Origin: an uncultured delta proteobacterium
Lineage (GTDB): Bacteria > Myxococcota > Myxococcia > SLRQ01
Direction of reading: 5' to 3'
NCBI GenBank assembly: GCA_963727485.1
Contig: CAVSGM010000001.1
Location: 32,001 to 96,000 of the forward strand
DNA: 64,000 nucleotides
A program made the translations under genes and the position numbers. The notes under the pieces are model-generated. The model searched no databases and had not been told where the DNA came from. It saw only the letters and a program-made list of their open reading frames with translations. Below, piece after piece: positions 46,529 to 56,400 of the stretch; the stretch's first letter is position 1, and every line of letters starts with the position of its first letter.

Positions 46529-48092
46529 TCGCCGACATCGCCGGGTGGCCCTGGTGGGCCTGCTCGCCGGCCTGGCCCTCGCCGGGTGCGCCTCGACGCC
46601 CCAGGCGGGCCCGGGCCCCGGGTCGACATCCGCCGCCGGGGGCGTCACCCCCGAGATCCCCGGCGGATCCGAGGGCGGTTCGGCCGCCACGGGGCAGGGC
46701 GCGTCCGGGCCCGGTGCCACCTCGGGGGGCTCGCGCCTCGGGGCCGCCGCCCCCGGGACCGCCCGCGCCCCGGCCGAGCCTCCGGCGCCCCCTCCGCCCA
46801 CGGGCCCCTTCGCCGAGGGGGTCGCCGCCGCCAACGCCGGCAACGCCGCCGCCGCCGCCGCCCACTTCCAGGCCGCGGCGACCGAAACCCCGGACGCCAA
46901 GTGGGCCTGGTACGACCTGGGGGTGGTCCGGGAGCGTCAGGCCCGGTGGAGCGAGGCCAAGGCCGCCTACGAGAAGGCCCTGTCGATCCAGGGCGACTTC
47001 GACGCCGCCGCCGGCAACCTCGCCCGGCTCCAGGTGCGTCGGGGCCAGGCCGCGGCCGCCGAGGCCGACCTCCGGGCGCGGATCACCAGGTTTCCGGCGA
47101 ACCTCGGCCTGCGCAACGACCTGGCCCAGGTCCTGGTGTCCCAGGGCCGCCTCGACGCCGCCTTCACCGAGGTGAAGAAGGTGCTCAAGGCCGACGAGCG
47201 CAACGTCGGGGCGATGCTCATCCTCGGGCAGATCTTCTACCAGCAGAAGAAGTACGAGCTGGCCGGCTCGGTCCTCGACAACGCCGCCAAGCTCTCCCCC
47301 GACGACCCGGCGATCCCAAACCTCCGGGCCTTCGTCTACCTGGCGCAGAAGCAGCGCAAGGACGCCCTGGAGAGCTTCCGCCAGGCGGCGAGCCTCCGTC
47401 CCGACTTCCCCGAGGCCCACGTCAACTACGGCGCCTTCCTCAACGAGGCCCAGGACTTCGACCAGTCGGTGCGGGAGCTCGAGCTTGCCGTGCGCTACGC
47501 CCCGGGGATGGTCGCCGCCCACCTCGACCTCGCCAACGCCTACCGGGGGGCCAAGCAGTACGACAAGGCCATCGCCGAGTACCAGAAGGTCCAGGCCCTC
47601 GATCCGGGCAACAAGGACGTGCTCTTCGACCTCGGCCTCCTCTATCTCGACGCCCCCATCGGCAAGGGGCAGGTCCTCGCCCGGCTCCAGAAGGCCCAGG
47701 CCTACTTCCAGAAGTACCGGGCCGCCGGCGGCGATGACCCCCGGCTCGCCGACTACCTCAAGGACGCGACCAAGGCGATCGGCAAGGAGCAGCGCAAGGA
47801 GAAGCGCCAGGAGGAAGATGCGCTGAAGAAGGCCAAGGCGGCGGCGGCCAAGCAGAAGGCCGAGGCGGCGGCGGCAGCGAAGGCGGCGGCGGCGGCGAAG
47901 GCGGCGGCGGCAGCGAAGGCGGCGGCGGCCAGGAAGGCGGCTGCCGAGAAGGCCGCCGCCGAGAAGGCCGCCGCGGCCCACAGCTCCCGGCTCGGCGGGG
48001 GTCCCGGCGGCGGGCCGGGTGGGGACAGCGGGGCGTCCGACCAGGGGTCCGGGGGCAGCCGCCTGGGGGGTGGTCCCGGGGGCGACAAGTAG
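46518..48092 (+). CDS. TPR lipoprotein, GltE/AglT-like
   Basis: Lipobox LAGC, TPR array, Ala/Lys-rich C-terminal helix. Confidence 0.82.
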   Translation: MTSNRRHRRVALVGLLAGLALAGCASTPQAGPGPGSTSAAGGVTPEIPGGSEGGSAATGQGASGPGATSGGSRLGAAAPGTARAPAEPPAPPPPTGPFAEGVAAANAGNAAAAAAHFQAAATETPDAKWAWYDLGVVRERQARWSEAKAAYEKALSIQGDFDAAAGNLARLQVRRGQAAAAEADLRARITRFPANLGLRNDLAQVLVSQGRLDAAFTEVKKVLKADERNVGAMLILGQIFYQQKKYELAGSVLDNAAKLSPDDPAIPNLRAFVYLAQKQRKDALESFRQAASLRPDFPEAHVNYGAFLNEAQDFDQSVRELELAVRYAPGMVAAHLDLANAYRGAKQYDKAIAEYQKVQALDPGNKDVLFDLGLLYLDAPIGKGQVLARLQKAQAYFQKYRAAGGDDPRLADYLKDATKAIGKEQRKEKRQEEDALKKAKAAAAKQKAEAAAAAKAAAAAKAAAAAKAAAARKAAAEKAAAEKAAAAHSSRLGGGPGGGPGGDSGASDQGSGGSRLGGGPGGDK

Positions 48093-48220
48093 CCATGGCG
48101 CCACGGGATCCTTACCGATTGCCCACAGCCCTCGGGCCGCTGGATCGCTCCGAGGAATTTCGGGTAGGATGCCCGGACGACTCGATGGGACCGGTTTCGA
48201 GACGCCGGGGCTCGGCAACC

Positions 48221-48490
48221 ATGCGACAGATGTTCAGGTACAGGTCGATTGCGGCGGTGCTCGCCGTCGTGCTAACAGCAGCCTTTTGTGGGGCGGCCTG
48301 GGCCCAGTCCACGGGTCCCCGGCGGAAGAAGAAGGTCATTCGCCTGCAGGAGATCACCGTCGAAGGGCGCATCCAGAAGCCGCAGGCGTTCTACATCCTC
48401 CCCCGGTCCAACCTCGACTACAAAGCCCTGGAGAAGCCCGAGCACTTCCTGGGAAAGATCAAGGCGTCGGTCAAGAAGGCGCCGTTCTAG
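48221..48490 (+). CDS. Small exported protein, GltF/CglF-like
   Basis: 89 aa, signal peptide ending AWA, ITVEGRIQKPQAFYIL; located between the TPR lipoprotein and the ExbB-like gene. Confidence 0.7.
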   Translation: MRQMFRYRSIAAVLAVVLTAAFCGAAWAQSTGPRRKKKVIRLQEITVEGRIQKPQAFYILPRSNLDYKALEKPEHFLGKIKASVKKAPF

Positions 48491-48565
48491 GTGAGTGGCG
48501 TCCTCCCGGACGCCCGAGGCATCCATCACTACTGCGTGGCTTGAAGCCCCATATGGAGAAGCAGC

Positions 48566-49222
48566 ATGGGTAACATTGCTAAGTTTTTCGTCGACGGCGG
48601 CGTCTGGATGTATCCGATCGCCCTGATGTCGGTCATCGGCGTGGCCATCATCATCGAGCGGTTCATCTTCCTGTTCTTCAAGTACAACATCAACGGGAAC
48701 GCCTTCATGGCGCAGATCCAGAAGCTGGTGATGGCCAACAACATCGACCGGGCCATCAAGCTGTGCAACGCGGCCCCGTCGGCGGCGCTGCCCAAGGTCA
48801 TCAAGTCCGGCCTCACCCGCGCCAACAAGGGCGAGATGGAGATCGAGAACGCGGTGGAGGAGGCGACCCTCGAGGTCATCCCGTCCATCACCAAGCGGAC
48901 CAACACCCTCCAGGCGGTCGCGAACCTCGCCACCCTCCTCGGGCTGCTCGGTACCGTCATCGGCCTCATCCAGGCGTTCGAGGCGGTGGCCGCGGCGGCG
49001 CCGGACCAGAAGGCCGCCCTGCTCACCAAGTCGATCTCCATCGCCATGAACACCACCGCCTTCGGGCTGATCGTGGCCATCCCCTGCATGGGCGCCCACG
49101 TCATCCTCTCGGGCATCACCAAGAAGATCATCGACGAGATCGATCAGTACTCGGTGAAGCTGGAGAACCTGCTCATCTCCCGCGGCAAGGGCGCGGTGGG
49201 TCAGGTCGAGCGCGCGCAGTAG
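48566..49222 (+). CDS. MotA/TolQ/ExbB proton-channel protein, AglR-like
   Basis: GGVWMYPI, ANLATLLGLLGTVIGLIQAF, AMNTTAFGLIVAIP. Confidence 0.93.
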   Translation: MGNIAKFFVDGGVWMYPIALMSVIGVAIIIERFIFLFFKYNINGNAFMAQIQKLVMANNIDRAIKLCNAAPSAALPKVIKSGLTRANKGEMEIENAVEEATLEVIPSITKRTNTLQAVANLATLLGLLGTVIGLIQAFEAVAAAAPDQKAALLTKSISIAMNTTAFGLIVAIPCMGAHVILSGITKKIIDEIDQYSVKLENLLISRGKGAVGQVERAQ

Positions 49223-49317
49223 CACCGCCGTACCCGGATGCCTCGCCGGCGCCGGCGCCCACGCAGGGGTGCCGGCGCCTTCCGGCGACCCGGTAGGACG
49301 TTATCCAGAGGGACTCA

Positions 49318-49827
49318 ATGGCAGCCAGACCGTCGAACCGTGGACATGGTGTGGAGGATCTCGAGGAGCTGAACCTCATCCCCATCATGAACCTCATCGT
49401 CATCCTGATCCCGGCGCTCCTGCTCACGGCCGCGTTCGTGCAGTTCGCCGTGATCAACGTGTCGGCGCCCCAGATTGGGAGCGGCGTGGCCCAGACCAAG
49501 CCCCCCGACTCGAAGCACAAGCCCCTGAACCTCACCATCGCGGTGACCGACAAGGGCTTCACCATCGCCGGCACCGGCGGGGTGCTCGGCGACCAGAGCA
49601 AGAACGCCGGCCCCACCATCCCCAAGCTCGGCGACAAGTACGACTACACGGCGCTCACCAAGAAGCTGTCGGACATCAAGCAGGCCTTCCCCGACGACAC
49701 CAAGGTGATCATCAGCGCCGACCCCAAGATCCACTACGATATCATCGTCAAGGTGATGGACGCCTCGCGTGAGACCGACGGCCGGGTGCTCTTCCCGGTC
49801 GTGGTGCTCTCCGCCGGCATCACCTGA
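49318..49827 (+). CDS. ExbD/TolR-family protein 1 (AglQ position), Asn at the conserved Asp site
   Basis: ELNLIPIMNLIVILIP, ISADPKIHYDIIVKVMD, LFP. Confidence 0.88.
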   Translation: MAARPSNRGHGVEDLEELNLIPIMNLIVILIPALLLTAAFVQFAVINVSAPQIGSGVAQTKPPDSKHKPLNLTIAVTDKGFTIAGTGGVLGDQSKNAGPTIPKLGDKYDYTALTKKLSDIKQAFPDDTKVIISADPKIHYDIIVKVMDASRETDGRVLFPVVVLSAGIT

Positions 49828-49846
49828 TCCCCTCGGAGCGACGCAC

Positions 49847-50455
49847 ATGGCAAAGCAAGATCAGGGCCTTAGCCCCGCCGGCAACCCCTCCGAGGATCTC
49901 GGCGATCTCTCGCAGTTCCAGGTCGCGGGCGACGACTTCAACGTCCGCTCCCGGCGCAAGCCCAAGAGCCTGGGGGACGTCGGGGGCCTGACGGTCACCT
50001 CGCTGATGGACATCCTGACCATCATCCTGGTGTTCCTCCTCAAGAGCTACTCGGCGAACCCGGTCAACGTGACCATGTCCTCGGTGCTGAAGATCCCCGA
50101 GTCCACGGCCCACATGATGGCCGAGCAGGCGGTCCCGGTGGCGATCACCCAGACCAACATTCTCGTCGACGATAAACCCGTGGCCGATGTGTCCGATGGG
50201 GAGGTCGATGCCTCGACCAAGCGAGATGGCGCCAAGGGCTACTTCATCACCCCGCTCTTCGACGCCCTGTCCAAGCAGGCGGACAAGCAGAAGCGGATCG
50301 CCAAGGCGAACTCCTCCCAGCAGTTCAAGGGACTGGCCCTCATCATCGCGGACAAGGACACCCCCTATCGCTTGCTCAACGAGGTGCTCTACACTGCGGG
50401 GCAGGCCCAGTTCGGACAGTTCAAGTTCGTCGTCGTCGCTGAGAACGGCATGTAG
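49847..50455 (+). CDS. ExbD/TolR-family protein 2, AglS-like
   Basis: TSLMDILTIILVFLLKSY, IIADKDTPYRLLNEVLYTAGQA. Confidence 0.9.
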   Translation: MAKQDQGLSPAGNPSEDLGDLSQFQVAGDDFNVRSRRKPKSLGDVGGLTVTSLMDILTIILVFLLKSYSANPVNVTMSSVLKIPESTAHMMAEQAVPVAITQTNILVDDKPVADVSDGEVDASTKRDGAKGYFITPLFDALSKQADKQKRIAKANSSQQFKGLALIIADKDTPYRLLNEVLYTAGQAQFGQFKFVVVAENGM

Positions 50456-50503
50456 TGACGGTCGACGGAGGTACACGGGTGGGCCGCAGGACCTGAGAGG
50501 CTG

Positions 50504-51865
50504 ATGGCCACACGCGCGCAACAGAAGATCCTCCGCATCGGAGTCATCCAGGGGGGCAAGATTGTCGAGGAGCGGCTCATCCGCTCCCGCGAGAACGTGA
50601 CCATCGGGTCCAGCCCGAAGGCCACCCTGGTGGTTCCGGCCTCGTCGCTCCCGCGCAGCTTCGACCTCTTCGAGGTCCGGGGCGGGCAGTACCACCTGGC
50701 CTTCACCGAGGCCATGGACGGCCGGGTCTCGGCGGGCAGCGGGGTCCTCGACTTCGCCGCCCTCAAGGGCCAGAACCTGGCCCGGCGCAAGGGTGACCTC
50801 TACACCTACGCGCTCCCGGAGACCGCCCGGGGCAAGGTCACCCTCGGCGACCTCACCATCCTCTTCCAGTTCGTGAGCCCGCCCCCGGAGCCCGCCAAGC
50901 CGGTGCTCCCCAAGGAGGCGCGGGGCGGCTGGGTGAAGAGCATCGACAAGGTCTTCACCATCCTCCTGCTGGCGTCCTTCACCTTCCACGCGGTGAGCTT
51001 CTACGTCCTCGACAACACGCCGCTGCCCAAAGAGGTCACCTTCGACCAGCTCCCCGATCGCTTCGCCAGGATGATCGCCCCCAACCTCAAGAAGGAGAAG
51101 CCCAAGCTGCCGCCCAAGGGCAAGAGTGGCGAGGGTGAGGGGCACAAGAAGAAGCTGGCGAAGAAGGACGAGCCGAAGAAGGACCAGGGCAGCAAGGACA
51201 GCAAGGCCGACATCCGCCACCGGGCGGCGAGCCAGCAGGTGCAGCAGAAGGTGCGGAGCACCGGGCTTCTGGCCATCATCGGCTCCAAGAGCACCGGCGC
51301 CGCGGCCGCCGGGAGCACCCTGGTCGCCGACATCGTCGGCAGCGGCGTCACCGGCGACCTCGACAGCGCCCTCAAGCACGTCAGCGGGGTGGGCGTGGCC
51401 ACCGGCAGCGATGCCCTGGCCCTCAAGACCGGCCTCAAGGGCGGCGGGGACGGCAAGGCCGCCGACATCGGCCAGCTCGCCACCCACGGCGGTGGTCACG
51501 TGGGCACCGGCCACCGCCACAGCCCGGTGATCCGGGGCACCATCTCCGCGGGCCAGACCGAGGTCGACTCGAGCACCGTCAACGCCTCAGCCATCACCCA
51601 CTACATCAAGGCCCGGATGCGCTCCATCACCAGCTGCTACGAGATGCAGCTCAAGCGCAACCCATCCCTCAAGGGCAAGCTGCTGGTGCGCATCACCATC
51701 AACACCCGGGGCATGGTGGGCGACATCGAGTTCGACGAGGACACCCTCCACAGCGCCGCGGTCCGGGACTGCGTCCGCAACCGGATCCGGCCCTGGCGCT
51801 TCCCGGTGAAGCCCAGCGAGTCCACCCCGGTGAGCGTGCCCTTCATCTTCGCGCCGTCGAGCTAG
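50504..51865 (+). CDS. GltG-like energy transducer (cytoplasmic FHA-like, TM, linker, AgmX/PglI-type TonB C-terminal domain)
   Basis: VTIGSS..., TM VFTILLLASFTFHAV, C-terminal ITSCYEMQLKRNPSLKGKL...CVRNRIRPWRFP...VSVPFIF. Confidence 0.85.
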   Translation: MATRAQQKILRIGVIQGGKIVEERLIRSRENVTIGSSPKATLVVPASSLPRSFDLFEVRGGQYHLAFTEAMDGRVSAGSGVLDFAALKGQNLARRKGDLYTYALPETARGKVTLGDLTILFQFVSPPPEPAKPVLPKEARGGWVKSIDKVFTILLLASFTFHAVSFYVLDNTPLPKEVTFDQLPDRFARMIAPNLKKEKPKLPPKGKSGEGEGHKKKLAKKDEPKKDQGSKDSKADIRHRAASQQVQQKVRSTGLLAIIGSKSTGAAAAGSTLVADIVGSGVTGDLDSALKHVSGVGVATGSDALALKTGLKGGGDGKAADIGQLATHGGGHVGTGHRHSPVIRGTISAGQTEVDSSTVNASAITHYIKARMRSITSCYEMQLKRNPSLKGKLLVRITINTRGMVGDIEFDEDTLHSAAVRDCVRNRIRPWRFPVKPSESTPVSVPFIFAPSS

Positions 51866-51911
51866 TACCCGGGCGACAGGCGCCGACCAGCGAACAGGGG
51901 GCCGGCGGAAC

Positions 51912-52913
51912 ATGAAGGCGAAGCGCCTCGACGAGCTGCAGGCTCTCCTCGGCTCCGGTGACTTCGCCACCTGGTGGGCCGAGGTCTCCCAGGTCCGCGA
52001 GGCCCTCGCCGAGACCGGTCGGCGCTACGAGGACACCCTGGCCCAGGAGACCCTCGCCGAGTTTCGCGCCGAGCTCGCCCAGAAGAACGGCATCGACACC
52101 CTCTACGGTTCCGGCGACGACGAGGACGAGGCGGCAAGGCTCCTCGCCGAGGCGGCCACCGTGGAGAACCGCTCCATCGAGGCGGTGGGCGCCTACGAGG
52201 ACCAGCGCTTCCGGGCCTCCGACGCCTGGATCCGGCTGGGCGCGGTGGAGAAGACCGTGGAAGAGGCCCGGGAGCGGGTGGCGGCGCTCCGGGCGAAGGG
52301 ACCGGCGGGAGAGGCCGAGGCCCAGCGCCTGGAGGCGGAGATGGCGCCGGCGATCCGCGAGCACCGGACCATCCACGAGGCCTACGAGCGGGAGAGCGCC
52401 CGGAAGAACCGCCTGTGGGAGGAGGTCGAGGGGATGTGGGCCCGGTCCCTGGAGCTCTCGCTCCTCCACGCCGAGAAGCAGGCCAAGGCCCAGAAGGTCA
52501 AGCGCGAGGCCGAGCAGCTCTTCGGGGCCTCCGAGGCCTCCAAGCAGCGCGCCCTGGCCCTGTCCCGGGAGGCGGAGGACCTCTCCACCAGCCGCGAGGG
52601 CCTGGAGCGGCGCCTCGAGGGGCTCTTCCGTCACGCCCGCGAGGCCTTCGACTGCGTCGCCGGCGACGACTTCCTCTACTGGGGCGCCCGGGAGAACGAC
52701 AAGCTCGCCTACTGCGTGCCGCTGATCGCCGACGACGGAGGTCACTACAACATGGAGGTCGAGCCCCTGCAGGTGTACAAGGTCACCGCCCGGGACGGGG
52801 TGGGGCGCCTGGAGCCCCTTCCGCCCGAGGGCCTCGACCCCGAGGACGGGGACCGGCGGATCGAGGCCTACTTCATCCAGGATCGCCGGGGCCAGCCGGC
52901 AGGGGGAACCTGA
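51912..52913 (+). CDS. Coiled-coil hypothetical protein
   Basis: Long E/A/R-rich helix with a small C-terminal globular domain; typical codon bias. Confidence 0.7.
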   Translation: MKAKRLDELQALLGSGDFATWWAEVSQVREALAETGRRYEDTLAQETLAEFRAELAQKNGIDTLYGSGDDEDEAARLLAEAATVENRSIEAVGAYEDQRFRASDAWIRLGAVEKTVEEARERVAALRAKGPAGEAEAQRLEAEMAPAIREHRTIHEAYERESARKNRLWEEVEGMWARSLELSLLHAEKQAKAQKVKREAEQLFGASEASKQRALALSREAEDLSTSREGLERRLEGLFRHAREAFDCVAGDDFLYWGARENDKLAYCVPLIADDGGHYNMEVEPLQVYKVTARDGVGRLEPLPPEGLDPEDGDRRIEAYFIQDRRGQPAGGT

Positions 52914-52915
52914 CG

Positions 52916-53359
52916 ATGGACAAGCTCGGCGTGCTTGGCAGCTCCCGGCTCTTCGAGATGCTCTCCACCGAGGAGCTGGAGATGCTCGCCCACCTCTGCC
53001 AGCCGAGGACCCTCGGCGCCTCCGAGGTCGTCTTCGAGGCCGGAGATGTCGGGGACGGGCTCTTCCTCCTCGCCGAGGGTGAGGTCGAGGTCATCCGCCG
53101 CGAGGGCGAGGCCGAGAAGATCCTCGCCACCCTCTCGCCCCCGGAGTTCTTCGGGGAGATGTCGGTGATCGACAAGGAGTACCGCTCGGCCACCGTCCGC
53201 GCCCGGGCCCCCTCGACCCTCCTCTACCTCTCGGTGGACAACCTCCTCACCTTCCGCAAGTCCTTCCGGGACGGGTTCACCTTCATCATCATCAACATCG
53301 CCCGGGTGCTCTCCCAGCGGCTGCGGGAGACCAACGGCCGTCTCGCCGCGCGCCTCTGA
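52916..53359 (+). CDS. Stand-alone cyclic nucleotide-binding domain protein
   Basis: VFEAGDVGD, GEVEV, FFGEMSVID..RSATVRA; no HTH. Confidence 0.9.
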   Translation: MDKLGVLGSSRLFEMLSTEELEMLAHLCQPRTLGASEVVFEAGDVGDGLFLLAEGEVEVIRREGEAEKILATLSPPEFFGEMSVIDKEYRSATVRARAPSTLLYLSVDNLLTFRKSFRDGFTFIIINIARVLSQRLRETNGRLAARL

Positions 53360-53444
53360 GCCGAGGTGGTGGCTCAAGGTCCGGCCCACCCCGCCGATTC
53401 GAAGGGTCCGGGCAGCTCCGCCCACTCCCGGGAGAGGCTCCTCC

Positions 53445-56400
53445 ATGGCCCACCGGCGTTCCCCAGCGCAACGACTCCCACTCCTCGCGGTCCTCCTCCT
53501 CGCCGCCGTCCCCGGGAGCGCCCGGGCCGCCGCCGATCGGGCCCTCTCCAACTTCCCCGCGACGGTGGAGGGGAACGTCCGGGCCGCGGCGGCCGTGGCC
53601 GACCTCGACGGCGATGGCCACCCCGACGTGGTCCTCGGCGCCGGCGAGGTGGTCACCGCCTTCTCCCGCGCGGGCCAGGTCCTCCCCGGGTTCCCGGTGG
53701 GCGTGGGGGCCGCCGTCGCCGGGCCGGTGGCGGTGGCCCGGTTCGGGGACGCCGCCTGGATCCTGGCGGTGACCCGGGCCGGCAAGGTCTACCTCCTCCA
53801 TGGGGACGGGACCGCGGTCCCCGGCTTCCCGGTGACCCTGCCCGGAGGCGCCACCGCCGGTGGGGCCCTCCTCGACGTGGACGGAGACGGCCGCCCGGAG
53901 GTGGTGGTCGGGGACGGGAGCGGGCGGCTCCACGCCTTCCGGGTGCCCCGGGCCCCGCCGGGCCGCGCCCGGACGCGGAAGGGGAAGCGGGCCGCACCCC
54001 CCCCGCCGCCCCGCGAGCTCCCGGGGTTCCCGGTGAAGCTCGGCGCCGGTGTCACCTCGGCCCCGGCCCTCGCCGACCTCGGGGGCCCCAAGGGTCCGGC
54101 CTGGGCCCTGGTGGTGGGCTGCGCCGACGGGACGGTCCACGTGATCGGCGCCCGCGGCCGCGAGCGCGCCGGGTTCCCGGTGCACAGCGCCTACCTGGTC
54201 TCGGGCACCCCCGCCGTCGCCGACCTCGACGCCGACGGCACCTACGACCTGGTGTTCACCAGCCAGGACTACCGCCTCTACGCGGTGGACGCCGCCGGCC
54301 ACGCCCTCCCGGGCTTCCCGGTGAAGGCCGGCTACCGGATCTACGGCGGGCCCGCCCTCGCCGACCTCGACGGGGACGGGCACCTGGAGGTGGCCTTCGC
54401 CTACAGCCGATGGGCACCTCTACGTGGTCGACGCCCGCGGCCGGATGCGCCGGGGCTTCCCGGTGGACCTCGGCGCCCGGGTCGAGGGGGGCGTGGTCGC
54501 CGGCGACCTCGACGGCGACGGCCACCCGGACCTGATGGTGGCCACCACCGACGGCCGCCTCCACGCCCTCGATCGCCGGGGTCGGGCGCTCCGGGGCTGG
54601 CGCGCCCGGGTCCGGGGGAAGGTCGTGGCGACCCCGACCCTCGCCGACTTCACCGGGGACGGCTACGTGGCCCTCTTCGTCGGCGACCTCCAGGGCCACC
54701 TCGACGCCTGGCGCACCACCCGAAGGGCCAAGGGCACGCCGTCGCTGCCCTGGCCCACCACCGCCCACGACCCGGCCCGCACCGGCCGCCTCCACCCGAC
54801 CCCCAGCCGGTTCGTGGATCCCAAGGTGGCCCCGGCCCACCCGATCACCACCGACGCGCTGACGGCGACCTGGACCTACGTCGACCTCGACCGGGAGCCT
54901 CCGGGGACCCCCGAGATCCGATGGTTCGAGGACGGCAAGGCGGTGGCCGACCTCGCGGGCCAGCGCACCGTCCCCGCGGCGCGCACCGCCAAGGGCCAGC
55001 GGTGGCGCTTCGAGGTCCGCGAGCCCCGGGACGGGGCCCGGGCCCGGTGGTTCCGGTCGACGCAGACCCTCATCGGCGACGCGGTCCCCAGCCCACCCGG
55101 GGTGACCTTGGCGCCGGCGCGGCCCACCACCGGCGCCGCCCTGAAGGCGGTGATCGCCACCGCGTCCACCGACGCCGACGGCGACCGCCTCGCCTACCAC
55201 TACGCCTGGACCCGGGACGGCCAGGCGGTCAAGCTCCCCCCGAGCGCGGCCACCGTGCCCGCGGGCCGGATCCACAAGGGCCAGGTGTGGCGGGTGACGG
55301 TGCGGGCCTTCGACGGCACCCAGGAGAGCACCCCGGTGGAGGCGGCGACCCGGGTGGTCAACAGCGCCCCCGGGGCGCCCCGGGTGGCCCTGGTCCCCGC
55401 CGCCCCGAGGATCACCGACGCCCTCCGGGTGAAGATCGTCCGCCCCGCCACCGACGTCGACGGCGACGCCCTCCACGACGACTACGCCTGGACCGTCGAC
55501 GGCCACCCCGCCGACCTCGCCACCGACGCCGCCACCTTCCCCGCGGGCCTCGCCCACAAGGGCCAGAAGGTGGCGGTGACCGTGCGCGCCGACGACGGGG
55601 AGGTGGCGGGCGCTGGTGCCACGGCGTCGGTCACCGTCGCCGACACCGCGCCCACCGCGCCCGAGGTGGCCCTGGTCCCGGCGCGCCCGACCACCGGCGA
55701 GACCCTCCGGGTCCGCCTGGTCCATCCGGCGACCGACCCGGACCCGGACCCCCTCCACTACGTCTACGCCTGGCGCGTCGACGGCAAGGCGGCGACCGTG
55801 ACGGGACCCGCGGTGCCCGGCGCCCAGGTCCACGCCCGCCAGACCTGGCAGGTGACGGTGGTGGCCCACGACGACCAGGTCGCCGGGGGCCAGGCGTCGG
55901 CGACGGTGGCGGTCGTGGACTCGCCGCCCACGGCGCCGGCGATCGCCCTCCAGCCCCCCAATCCCCTCCCTGGGGAGGCCCTGGCGGTGAGGGTACGGGT
56001 CCCGGCCCGGGATCCCGACGGCGACCCGGTGACCCTGGGGTACGCCTGGACCGTCGACGGCCATCCCGGTGGGACCGGGGCCACGGTGGACGGCGCGAAG
56101 GTGAAGAAGGGCCAGGTGTGGCGGGTCGAGGTGACCCCCACCGACGGGACCCTCCAGGGCCCGGTGGCCCGGGCGTCGGTGACCGTGGGGGACCGGCCGC
56201 CGCCCGCCCCCTCGGTGAAGCTGACCCCCGCGCGGCCCCTCGGGGGCCAGGCCCTCCACGCCGAGGTCGACGCCGGGGCCGATCCCGACGGCGACCCGGT
56301 GACCGTCTCCCGGCGGTGGTTCCGCGACGGGGCGGCGGTGAAGGCCCTCGACGATGCTTCGGCCGTCCCCGGGTCGCGGGTGAAGCGCGACCAGGTGTGG

